NCBI GenBank assembly: GCA_963704655.1
Contig: OY969927.1
Span: forward strand, 512,001 to 576,000
From: an uncultured Candidatus Babeliaceae bacterium
Lineage (GTDB): Bacteria > Babelota > Babeliae > Babelales > Babelaceae
Length of the DNA stretch: 64,000 bases
Reading direction: 5' to 3'
Shown here in pieces: positions 10,109 to 18,930 of this stretch (position 1 is its first letter; every line of letters starts with the position of its first letter). The translations under genes and the position numbers were made by a program. The notes beneath the pieces were generated by a model. It saw only the letters and a list, made by a program, of their open reading frames with translations, made no database searches and was not told the origin of the DNA.

Positions 10109-11818
10109 ATGAGCAATAATAATAACGATATACAAGCATTAAGACACTCTGCAGCACATCTTCTTGCACATGCAGTTTCTGAACTATATCCGACCACGCT
10201 CCTAACGATAGGCCCTGCTACGGAAGACGGTTTTTTTTATGATATGCTTCCAGAAAAGAACTTTAAAGAAGACGATTTACCCATAATTTCTGAACGTATG
10301 CAAGAGATCGTTAAGAAAAATTATCCCCTTGAGCACAAGCAAATCTCAAAAGAAGAAGCACGAAAAATATTTGCAAACAACCGTTTCAAACTTGAACTTA
10401 TCGATATGATTCCTGGAGATACAGTCGGTTTAGCAACACAAGGGAATTTTTACGATTTATGTAAAGGCGGTCATATTGCTTCAACCGGCATGCTCAAGCA
10501 CGTTAAATTAACCGCTATTTCAGGTTCATACTGGCGGGCAAATAAAGAGGGCCAAGCACTTCAACGAATTTCTGGTATAGTGTTTCCTACCCAAGAAGAA
10601 CTTGATGCCTATGAACAACATCAGCTTGATTTACAGCTGTATGACCACAGAAGATTGGGCAAACAGCTTGATCTCTTTTCGTTCCATGACGAAGGGGTTG
10701 GTTTTCCCTTTTTTCACCCCAAAGGCAAACGTGTTATCAATGCGCTTACTGCGTATATGCGTAAATTACAGCAAGAAAACGACTATCAAGAGATCTCAAC
10801 ACCAATGATGTTGAGTGACGAGCTCTGGCGGCGCTCGGGACACTATGAGTTTTATCATGACAAGATGTACTTTTCTATTATCGATGATAAAAGCTACGCC
10901 ATTAAACCGATGAACTGTCCCGGCTCGATATTAATTTATCAAACACGACCACGTTCATACCGTGAACTTCCCTTAAAATTAGCAGAATACGGCCACTGCC
11001 ACAGACATGAACTTTCTGGGGTTCTACATGGCCTTATGCGAGTTCGTGCCTTTACCCAAGATGATGCACATATCTATTGCGCACCTGAACAATTAGAGCA
11101 TGAGATTATCACAATCATTAAGATGGTGTTTAAGATGCTTTCTAAGTTCGATCTTCATGATATTAGTTTTGCTATTTCAACACGCCCAGAAAAATATATG
11201 GGCAGCGATGCACTTTGGGAAACTGCGACAAAGGCTCTGACTGATGCCTTGGTAACCTCAAACGCAAAGTATACTATAAAAGAAGGCGAGGGCGCCTTTT
11301 ACGGACCAAAGATCGAGGTGGTTATCCAAGACTCTATGGGCAGAAAATGGCAGTGCGGAACTATCCAAGTAGACTTTTTTCAACCGGAGAACTTTGACCT
11401 TTCATATGTTACTGCGCAGGGCACCAAACAACGGCCGGTTATTATTCACCAGGCAATTTTTGGCTCCCTTGAACGCTTTTTTGCTATTATTCTTGAACAT
11501 TATAAAGGAAACCTCCCCTACTGGTTAGCACCGGTTCAGATAAAAATATTAACGGTCACCGATGCGCAAAAAGAATACGCCACCGAGCTTTACCAGGACC
11601 TTAAGGCCCGCGGCGTACGTGTTGAACTTGATGCAACTTCAGACCCACTTTCTGGAAAAATCAAAAGCGCACAGCTTGAAAAAATCCCTTGGATGCTGGT
11701 TATTGGGAAAAAAGAGGCCGAAGCACGAACCGTTACTATTCGGTATCAAGACGGTAAACAGGAGCCGGCAGTTTCTTTGGATAATTTATACACAAAAATT
11801 CAAGAAGAAGCTCTTTAA
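10109..11818 (+). CDS. thrS: Threonine--tRNA ligase lacking the N-terminal TGS domain
   Basis: RHSAAHLLA, DLCKGGH, DHRRLGK, KPMNCP, RVRAFTQDDAHI and GAFYGPK. Confidence 0.97.
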   Translation: MSNNNNDIQALRHSAAHLLAHAVSELYPTTLLTIGPATEDGFFYDMLPEKNFKEDDLPIISERMQEIVKKNYPLEHKQISKEEARKIFANNRFKLELIDMIPGDTVGLATQGNFYDLCKGGHIASTGMLKHVKLTAISGSYWRANKEGQALQRISGIVFPTQEELDAYEQHQLDLQLYDHRRLGKQLDLFSFHDEGVGFPFFHPKGKRVINALTAYMRKLQQENDYQEISTPMMLSDELWRRSGHYEFYHDKMYFSIIDDKSYAIKPMNCPGSILIYQTRPRSYRELPLKLAEYGHCHRHELSGVLHGLMRVRAFTQDDAHIYCAPEQLEHEIITIIKMVFKMLSKFDLHDISFAISTRPEKYMGSDALWETATKALTDALVTSNAKYTIKEGEGAFYGPKIEVVIQDSMGRKWQCGTIQVDFFQPENFDLSYVTAQGTKQRPVIIHQAIFGSLERFFAIILEHYKGNLPYWLAPVQIKILTVTDAQKEYATELYQDLKARGVRVELDATSDPLSGKIKSAQLEKIPWMLVIGKKEAEARTVTIRYQDGKQEPAVSLDNLYTKIQEEAL

Positions 11819-11837
11819 ATTTTAATTTGTTAAAAAA

Positions 11838-11888
11838 TAATAGACATGTAATAACCTCGATATAAAGCAGGTTATTGCATGTCTATTT
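11838..11888 (+). terminator. Long stem-loop after thrS
   Basis: aatagacatgtaataacct...aggttattgcatgtctattt. Confidence 0.6.
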
Positions 11889-12014
11889 GTATATGAATTA
11901 AATTTTTTTAATATTTTTTATTTTTTATTTGATGAATATATTGCTTATTGAAAGTTATATCGGGTACGATAAAGATGTACAATATGTATAACCTTTTCAT
12001 ACAAGGAGAGATGT

Positions 12015-12371
12015 ATGGCAAAGAAAAAAGTAACTGCAAAACGCGCGGCTCCAAAGCGCAAAGTAGCAGCAAAAAAAGCGGCTCCTAAACGTAAAGTAGC
12101 AGCTAAAAAAGCGGCTCCTAAACGTAAAGTAGCGGCTAAAAAAGCGGCTCCTAAACGTAAAGTAGCAGCTAAAAAAGCGGCTCCTAAACGTAAAGTAGCA
12201 GCTAAAAAAGCAGCTCCTAAACGTAAAGTAGCAGCTAAAAAGGCGGCTCCTAAACGTAAAGTAGCGGCTAAAAAAGCAGCTCCTAAACGTGCAGCTGCTA
12301 AAAAAGCGACTTCAAAACGTAAAACCGTACCAATGAAAGTAGTTAAGCCAGCGACTATTCCTGGACTTTAA
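12015..12371 (+). CDS. Histone H1-like Lys/Ala-rich DNA-binding protein (chlamydial Hc2/HctB-like)
   Basis: AAGGAG RBS; seven exact KRKVAAKKAAP repeats; no acidic residues. Confidence 0.85.
   Translation: MAKKKVTAKRAAPKRKVAAKKAAPKRKVAAKKAAPKRKVAAKKAAPKRKVAAKKAAPKRKVAAKKAAPKRKVAAKKAAPKRKVAAKKAAPKRAAAKKATSKRKTVPMKVVKPATIPGL
12054..12284 (+). repeat. 7 x 33-bp tandem repeat encoding KRKVAAKKAAP
   Basis: aaacgtaaagtagcagctaaaaaagcggctcct units differing only at synonymous positions. Confidence 0.9.
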
Positions 12372-12411
12372 TTACCGGTACGATGCGTTAACCGATTTAA
12401 TTTGGTTACCT

Positions 12412-12450
12412 AATGGGCACATACGACATATCGAGCGTGCCCATTTTTTT
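12412..12450 (+). terminator. Intrinsic terminator
   Basis: aatgggcac...gtgcccatt followed by a T-run. Confidence 0.7.
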
Positions 12451-12485
12451 ATGCTTTTTTTGATAAAAATAATGGGGGGTTTCCT

Positions 12486-13754
12486 ATGATATCCTTGCGA
12501 TCACAATCTGTACAATCTAAACGAGTACGAGCACTAACAGCTAGTACTTTTTTTTTGCTTATCGTTCCACAAAAAATTCAAAGCTTTGAGCCAGCAACTA
12601 TTGTAGCTATTCTTGGCTATGGGTTGGCCGCAGGCAGCCTCGGCACAATGTATAAAGGGCAGGAATTTTTAAATTGGTGGTATGGCACTGGAAAAAAAAC
12701 GGAACATTCGGTCTTTGATCCCAATTGCCCTAAGTGCGTACAAGAAAAAGCTGCTCAAGAAGCACTACATTCGGGCTTTGATCCCAATTGCGCCCAGTGC
12801 ATAGAAGAAAGAGCTGTTAAACAACAAGCACAACCGGTGGTCATCAAAGCTCAGCAGCCAGCACCTGTCAAAACAACGGCTACCCAAGTGCCAGAAACAC
12901 GGGCATCACAAGTGGTTATTAATAATACTACCCACAATACCACTATCACTGCAGCTAAGGGCAATACCATAGTTGTAACACCAGAAGCAGCAGCAGCTCC
13001 AGCACCAACACCGCCGCCAGCACAAACAATTCAAACACAACAAACGGTAGCAGTAGCACCTCAACCAACACCTCCTGCGCAAATAGAAAAGGTTCTTCCA
13101 GCGACTAAAGAACTAGAAACAGCCGTAATTACGTCAGCCCATGGCAATGCTACATCCAATACTTTACTCAATCGGGCTTCCCCTTTAACTACAATTATCT
13201 ACGATCGCGCCCAAGATCTTTATCAAAATCATTACGGTAAGGTACAGATGGCAGCCGCCGCTACAGGATATCTGTATATTTTGTATTCTATTAGTTCATT
13301 ACAACGATACCTGACAGACCCAAAGAGAATCTGCCTCTGGTTTTCAGAATATGATTTGAATAAATTACTCCTGCTAAATCTTGACCAGATACAAGAACTT
13401 GTCATTCAAGAATTTATAACCACCTACAATGTCTCTGATCAAAAAAGCTTAAAGCCCGCTGTTTCAAAATTTCTGAATGATATTGAAACTGAGCTTGCAA
13501 GTCTACAAAGTTACCAGACTATCGCAGGGCGCATAAATACTGTTTCTTCGATCGCTGAAAAATGCTGTTCACCTTTTAGTGATATGGCACGCACGATTAT
13601 ACCGTTTGCAGGCATGGTTCTTGATTATGCACCTACTGTAAGTATAAATAATCTATTTTTTGTTAATAGTACGCTTCAAACGAGCATCCAAGATCGGATA
13701 TCTCGTATTCACTATTACAAAAATATATTCTTACAATCAACCATAGTAGTTTAA
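12486..13754 (+). CDS. Hypothetical protein with two CxxC repeats and a Pro/Thr/Ala/Gln-rich linker
   Basis: HSVFDPNCPKC and HSGFDPNCAQC; low-complexity middle; hydrophobic N-terminus. Confidence 0.75.
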   Translation: MISLRSQSVQSKRVRALTASTFFLLIVPQKIQSFEPATIVAILGYGLAAGSLGTMYKGQEFLNWWYGTGKKTEHSVFDPNCPKCVQEKAAQEALHSGFDPNCAQCIEERAVKQQAQPVVIKAQQPAPVKTTATQVPETRASQVVINNTTHNTTITAAKGNTIVVTPEAAAAPAPTPPPAQTIQTQQTVAVAPQPTPPAQIEKVLPATKELETAVITSAHGNATSNTLLNRASPLTTIIYDRAQDLYQNHYGKVQMAAAATGYLYILYSISSLQRYLTDPKRICLWFSEYDLNKLLLLNLDQIQELVIQEFITTYNVSDQKSLKPAVSKFLNDIETELASLQSYQTIAGRINTVSSIAEKCCSPFSDMARTIIPFAGMVLDYAPTVSINNLFFVNSTLQTSIQDRISRIHYYKNIFLQSTIVV

Positions 13755-13776
13755 TTTATATAAAATAGGACAAGCT

Positions 13777-14322
13777 ATGAAATTTTTACGTATATGCATG
13801 GCACTTTTCAGCTCATCTTTTGCTGCACACGCCATCCCATACAAATCTGCTCAAGATTTTTTAAAAAAATCACTTAATACCGTTCAGGAGTATCAAACAC
13901 CGATCGTCATTGCGAGCATTTCTGCCGTAACTGCGGCTTATATTGGCTATGCAATCTATTTAGACGGTATCGTTAACGACAAAAATAGTTTATGGCATTG
14001 GTCCATGCACCATATTAAAGATGGTATAATCGATCAAGATACACTTATTGGACATGTTGAAGATCGTTACCCTCATCTTAAAGCATTACACCCATTAACG
14101 GCTATTTTTGCAACTGCCCATGCCGCACAAATGGAAATAGACATATGTCTCACCTTGCGCGGGATACTTAAAAGCCTCAAAAGCGTTCATCTTGAATGGG
14201 TTATGAGTGAAACAATAGCAAGTTTAGATAAAAAGCTCGAATGCCTTTATATACTCAAGATTATGCTTGCTAATTGCACCATAGAGACACGCAGTAGATG
14301 TAAAAAAAGAGCCCAGTTATGA
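13777..14322 (+). CDS. Hypothetical secreted or membrane protein
   Basis: Signal peptide (AHA) and one internal hydrophobic segment. Confidence 0.65.
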   Translation: MKFLRICMALFSSSFAAHAIPYKSAQDFLKKSLNTVQEYQTPIVIASISAVTAAYIGYAIYLDGIVNDKNSLWHWSMHHIKDGIIDQDTLIGHVEDRYPHLKALHPLTAIFATAHAAQMEIDICLTLRGILKSLKSVHLEWVMSETIASLDKKLECLYILKIMLANCTIETRSRCKKRAQL

Positions 14323-14997
14323 TACTTTAATACCAAACCTGGGGTGCAGTTTTTTGTAATTAAAAAATAAACAGAATGAACAGTTGTCTGCCTTTGGCGA
14401 ACAACTGTTTTGCCCTAGCATAACAAGAAGACGATTAATTTCTCGCCATTGGTTGGGGGGAAATATTTTTTGCAGGGCAAACTCGGTTTCATCAGGGTTT
14501 TTGGTATTCACCAGTCCAAGTTGGTTTGAAAGGCGATGTACGTGAACATCCACACAAATTGCCGGCTTATTGAAAGCTTCGGCAAGTACTAGATTGGCAG
14601 TTTTCCGCCCTACCCCTTTTATAGAAAGCAGTTCCTGCTCTGTCTCTGGAACCTTACCATTAAACTGGTCTATCAGCTGCTGGCTCACCTCTTTTAAAAT
14701 GGTTGCCTTGCGTCTAAAAAATCCAATCTTATGGATAAGAGCCTCAAGATCTTCTTGAGGTATTTTAAGCATCTGCTGGGGGGTCCTCACCAGGCGAAAA
14801 AGTTCTTTGCAAACATGGTAGGTCACCACATCGCGCGAGCGTAAGCTTAGAAGACAGGCGATAAGAACTAGGTATGGGTCACGTCCATAATCTTGAACAA
14901 GCTGAATAGACATCGGCTCGGGCACTTTTCCTACCAAAGCCGACTCTAAAACTTGCAATACTTCTTGACCATACTCTTTTATATCCTGCCCGGCCAA
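14317..14997 (-). CDS. nth: Endonuclease III (HhH-GPD glycosylase)
   Basis: LLSIKGVGRKTAN helix-hairpin-helix, ICVDVHVHR, C-terminal Cys cluster. Confidence 0.9.
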   Translation of the reverse strand: MAGQDIKEYGQEVLQVLESALVGKVPEPMSIQLVQDYGRDPYLVLIACLLSLRSRDVVTYHVCKELFRLVRTPQQMLKIPQEDLEALIHKIGFFRRKATILKEVSQQLIDQFNGKVPETEQELLSIKGVGRKTANLVLAEAFNKPAICVDVHVHRLSNQLGLVNTKNPDETEFALQKIFPPNQWREINRLLVMLGQNSCSPKADNCSFCLFFNYKKLHPRFGIKVS

Positions 14998-15270
14998 GTT
15001 CTTCCTATCTTAATGCTATAAAATTAGCAATCTACTAACCAGGAATTGGACCACCTATTTCATCATTATCCGATGAACTGGACGCACCTGACGTCCCAGT
15101 ACAAGTGCCTGGATCTGCGTAATCTAATGTTGGTGAATAAGCATAAAAAGCCGGTGCTAATAAACTGCTTATAAACAAGCCTAAAAAAAGCTTTTTAACT
15201 AAATTCATAAAGTTCCTAACCCTTCATTAGCCAATATTCTTTTATACCCTGCCCGGCCAAGATCATCCTA
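14971..15270. repeat. 37-bp direct repeat, copies at 14971-15007 and 15234-15270
   Basis: atactcttttatatcctgcccggccaagttcttccta versus atattcttttataccctgcccggccaagatcatccta, 33 of 37 identical. Confidence 0.85.
15035..15208 (-). CDS. Small secreted peptide (57 aa), not in the ORF track
   Basis: MNLVKKLFLGLFISSLLAPAFYAYSPTLDYADPGTCTGTSGASSSSDNDEIGGPIPG. AGGA upstream; signal peptide resembles that of 15275..15478. Confidence 0.7.
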   Translation of the reverse strand: MNLVKKLFLGLFISSLLAPAFYAYSPTLDYADPGTCTGTSGASSSSDNDEIGGPIPG

Positions 15271-15274
15271 ACGC

Positions 15275-15478
15275 CTAATTTGCACCGGTACCTGGATCTG
15301 ATGGACCACCACCACTATCCCCTGCTGGAGCTGTGTCTGTAGCTACTGGTGCTGCTGGCGCTGGTGCAGATGGAGCCGTCGCATCTGGATCTGGTGGGCC
15401 ATCTGGTAATGCGTAGCAGGTAGGTACTAATAGACCACACAAAAATAACATAGCGAATAAACGCTTAAGTGAGTGCAT
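15275..15478 (-). CDS. Small secreted peptide (67 aa), Pro/Ala/Gly/Asp-rich
   Basis: Signal MHSLKRLFAMLFLCGLLVPTCYA; mature part ends GGGPSDPGTGAN; AGGA upstream. Confidence 0.75.
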   Translation of the reverse strand: MHSLKRLFAMLFLCGLLVPTCYALPDGPPDPDATAPSAPAPAAPVATDTAPAGDSGGGPSDPGTGAN

Positions 15479-15582
15479 ATAATTCCTGACTCTTAGCTAA
15501 ATTTTAAGAATAATAATTTTGGTATATAATATAACTTGTATATGTAATTTTAATAGGTACTCAAAAAAATTCAACTAAAAAA

Positions 15583-17973
15583 ATGTATAATTTCACACCA
15601 GTCCTAGAAACTTATCTTCTATTAGCATTACACTTGGTATGCTTGGCCGTTAAATCGTTTATATTTTTTAAGCTTTTTACTCTTGCTAAAAACTCCAAAA
15701 ATAAACTCCTATGGTCTCTGGTATCAGTAGTGCTCTTTGGTAGTATGTTTGGTGATATCGCTTGGATAATAGTATATCTTCAGCCAATATTTTCGAATTT
15801 AATAAAATCTTCAACCATCACGCTCTTTTCTCGTCTTGCTTGGGCAATGTACGTAATACAGTATCAAGCACTAACTATGTTTATAGAATCGCTTGAAAAT
15901 AAAGAAACCAAATTCAAAACTCATAACAAAATATTTGGTTTTTTTGGATTACTTATTATTTCATACTTTCTTTACCATTCAATAATGGATTATGGCCCAA
16001 TAGCACCATATGAAAAGTTAATAATAACGATAACGAATTTTCACATATTTATCATTTTTATTCCGACTATAATCGCATTCATTCAGATGCTTAAAGCAAA
16101 TAACGCGCCTCGTATTTTAACTGAGCAGATGCGCACTTTTATGTTATTTATCGTAATTCCACACATATTTGTAGAACTTATATTCCGAGACTCATTTAAT
16201 ATATTCCAAAATAGTTTTCCGCATGCTGGCAACTTCCTTGCAGCTACATCATCGATCTTATTAACCTATGCGGTATATTTCTGTTCGAGAAAAATTATTG
16301 GTATGCGTTTTTTAAATATCACAGAACACGTTGAAGGCGAAATACACTTTAACTTTGTTAATGATATAAAAGAAGTCCTGAAAGCGCTTGGCCACGTAAC
16401 CTCGTTAAATGAACTTAAAGGTATTATAAGTAACTTTTATAAAATAGCTTTCAACATACCGGCAGAACGTACGAAACTTTATATTAAATCGCTAGATACA
16501 CTAGAAGATAATAAGTTTAGCAATCTAGTAGAGCCCTATTTGAATGAAGAGTTTATGATCAATAACCAGCTTCTGGTAAAAGATGAGCTAGAATTTTCTT
16601 ATTTTTATGATGAAAAGCAGGAACAAAAAGAGGCATTGAAATTTTTAAATCTCATAAATGCAGATATTTTTATTCCCATTTATGAAAAAAAGACCATAAC
16701 AGCGTTTATAATCGTAGAAAAAAATGCACGGCCACAGACGCTTTTCAGTAAAGTAGAATATGACGAAATGCTTGTATTCAGTAGTTATTTAGGTGCGCTT
16801 ATCCACTTGCTCAGAAATCGCAATTTAGAGGCGTTAATCCAGCAAGAAAAAGAGCTAAAAGAAGAGCTGTATTATAAGCACCAGGAGCTCGGCCACTGCA
16901 AAGAGACCATCAGAGAGTTTTTACAAAAAAACCAGCTTGCCCCAGAATCAAAACAGCTCAATGCCCATATGCTCAAGGACCCATCAAACTGGGATTATAT
17001 GCTCTTTTTAGAAACAACCCATTCAGGGAGGTTAATTAACAAATTGATCCCAGGAACCGGTACACAGATTTTAGATTTTAAGATTAATTTGCTCAAGGCA
17101 GCACTCAGCAAAAAAGCGGTGCTTTTAAATTTACCCGAAGAGGACATTCTTCCAACAGTTGAACTATTACATCATATTAGTTTGCGTGACCATCTAGAGA
17201 CGATAGATATCGGATCAAGTGAGAAGAACCTTGAAGTGGCAATACGCCTTTTTGGTATTAGCCCACTGTTTAGTGCGCGTGAAGCAAACGGGCTCATAGA
17301 GAAAAATGATTTAAATGGCACCATTTTTATCAAGAATATTCATCTTTTAAGCATTCAAACACAAGAATTACTTGCGCACTTTTTAAATACTGGGATATTT
17401 ACGCAACTTAAAAGCGACCGAAAAAAATCAAGCTCTGTCCGTATTATATGTTCATCAAATCAAAATTTAAGCCATCTGTGCCAAACAGGTGTATTTTCAC
17501 AAAAACTGTACCATGAACTCATAAAAACTTCTGCAACACTGCCGTCACTTTTGACCCTAGCGCCAGATGAATTAAGTGACCTGACAGCAGGCTTTATTCA
17601 ACATATTATCTCAGAAAAAAATCCCGCTCATGGCGTTGATTTATCACAAAAAGAACGCGAAAAACTCTTAAGTGATCGCCCGATAAGTCTTCAAGAATAT
17701 AAGGACCGGGTGTACCACATGCTGATTAATAAAGCTAAAAAGAAACAGGTCAAGCAAGAAGATGTCATTGACGCTGCATATTCAATAAGCACCCCAGACA
17801 TGTACAATGTTGCCAAATTGGGCAAAAATGCACTCAAAGACAAACAAATCATGACATATTTGTGGAATAAATTTAAAAATCAAACAAAAATTGCTAAGCT
17901 TCTCAATGTGAATAGATCATCGGTTAATCGCCGGTGTAAAGAATTTAGTCTCATTGAAGAGCAGGCTCAATGA
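15583..17973 (+). CDS. Membrane-anchored regulator: about 7 TM helices, GAF-like domain, degenerate sigma54-activator-like AAA domain, Fis-type HTH
   Basis: Seven hydrophobic segments in aa 1-235. ADIFIPIY...AFIIV is GAF-like. RLFG, GTIFIKNI, VRIICSSNQNL and FSQKLYHEL are NtrC-like remnants. NQTKIAKLLNVNRSSV is an HTH. Confidence 0.8.
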   Translation: MYNFTPVLETYLLLALHLVCLAVKSFIFFKLFTLAKNSKNKLLWSLVSVVLFGSMFGDIAWIIVYLQPIFSNLIKSSTITLFSRLAWAMYVIQYQALTMFIESLENKETKFKTHNKIFGFFGLLIISYFLYHSIMDYGPIAPYEKLIITITNFHIFIIFIPTIIAFIQMLKANNAPRILTEQMRTFMLFIVIPHIFVELIFRDSFNIFQNSFPHAGNFLAATSSILLTYAVYFCSRKIIGMRFLNITEHVEGEIHFNFVNDIKEVLKALGHVTSLNELKGIISNFYKIAFNIPAERTKLYIKSLDTLEDNKFSNLVEPYLNEEFMINNQLLVKDELEFSYFYDEKQEQKEALKFLNLINADIFIPIYEKKTITAFIIVEKNARPQTLFSKVEYDEMLVFSSYLGALIHLLRNRNLEALIQQEKELKEELYYKHQELGHCKETIREFLQKNQLAPESKQLNAHMLKDPSNWDYMLFLETTHSGRLINKLIPGTGTQILDFKINLLKAALSKKAVLLNLPEEDILPTVELLHHISLRDHLETIDIGSSEKNLEVAIRLFGISPLFSAREANGLIEKNDLNGTIFIKNIHLLSIQTQELLAHFLNTGIFTQLKSDRKKSSSVRIICSSNQNLSHLCQTGVFSQKLYHELIKTSATLPSLLTLAPDELSDLTAGFIQHIISEKNPAHGVDLSQKEREKLLSDRPISLQEYKDRVYHMLINKAKKKQVKQEDVIDAAYSISTPDMYNVAKLGKNALKDKQIMTYLWNKFKNQTKIAKLLNVNRSSVNRRCKEFSLIEEQAQ

Positions 17974-18902
17974 CCCATACAGAATTTATACAAGAAATTA
18001 ATCATTTTTTACAAACAATTAATGTTGAACGAAATATTTCAACACATACTTCGCGTGCTTACGAAAGCGACCTTGAACATTTTGCCACTTTTTGGCATGA
18101 ACTTCTGTCACGTGAGCCGATACAGCCATCATGCAAGACGGCTATTGAACGGTATTTTATCTTTTTGTACCACAAAAAAATATCTAAGACGTCAATTGCT
18201 CGCAAGGTATCTTGTTTCAAATCATTTGAACGGTATTTAAAACGGGCACGGCAGATTGAATTAGAACTTACCTTACATAGACCGCGCATCGACAAAAAAG
18301 CTCCTACTGTATTAAGCCTTGATGAAGTTTTCTTTCTTCTTGATAAGGTTAACCTTACGCATCAAGATACGCAGTTCCCACACCGCGATAAGGCGATACT
18401 AGAAATGCTCTATGCAACCGGTATTTGCTGCTCAGAATTGGTAAATATTCAGCTTAAAGATATCGATCCGCTTGGTCAGACCATTAAAATTACTGGCAAA
18501 CGAAAAAAGGAGCGTCTGGTTCATTTCGGGTCAGAATGTAAAAGAAAGCTTGATCTGTATATTACTCATGAGCGGATTAAACCAACATCGGAGAATGAAT
18601 TTCTTTTTTTAAATTACAAGAACGAACCGCTTACTACGCGCTCAATTCAACGCATTTGTGCCCTTTTTAGTACCTTTTTAGATACAAAAAAAGAGATTAC
18701 TCCCCATGTGTTACGCAATTCATGTGCTACGCACTTATTACAACAAGGCGTTGATGTGAAAACGGTTCAAGAATTATTGGGGCATGCTACTCTTGCAAGC
18801 ACTGAAAAGTATACTCATCTTTTCTTAGAAGATTTGAGTAAAATCGGTCGCCTGCGCCACCCATTGGTCATGAAAAAAAATAACGTTAATCAACGAGCGT
18901 AG
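17970..18902 (+). CDS. XerC/XerD-family tyrosine recombinase with a catalytic-site substitution
   Basis: N-terminal SAM-like domain (ERNISTHTSRAYESDL), RDKAILEMLYATG, TPHVLR, VQELLGH and TEKYTH. Confidence 0.88.
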   Translation: MTHTEFIQEINHFLQTINVERNISTHTSRAYESDLEHFATFWHELLSREPIQPSCKTAIERYFIFLYHKKISKTSIARKVSCFKSFERYLKRARQIELELTLHRPRIDKKAPTVLSLDEVFFLLDKVNLTHQDTQFPHRDKAILEMLYATGICCSELVNIQLKDIDPLGQTIKITGKRKKERLVHFGSECKRKLDLYITHERIKPTSENEFLFLNYKNEPLTTRSIQRICALFSTFLDTKKEITPHVLRNSCATHLLQQGVDVKTVQELLGHATLASTEKYTHLFLEDLSKIGRLRHPLVMKKNNVNQRA

Positions 18903-18930
18903 CTTTGAAAGATTGCACCAGGAGTAGTAA

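Noticed and set aside
10109-11818. Short ThrRS as a truncated pseudogene
   Set aside because: Loss of the TGS domain is a known variant; the editing, catalytic and anticodon motifs are intact.
12054-12284. 33-bp repeats as a possible CRISPR array
   Set aside because: The units are contiguous with no unique spacers, vary only at codon third positions, and no cas genes are present.
17970-18902. Recombinase as a prophage or island integrase
   Set aside because: It has Xer-type size and motifs in a housekeeping context, with no att repeats or phage genes nearby.
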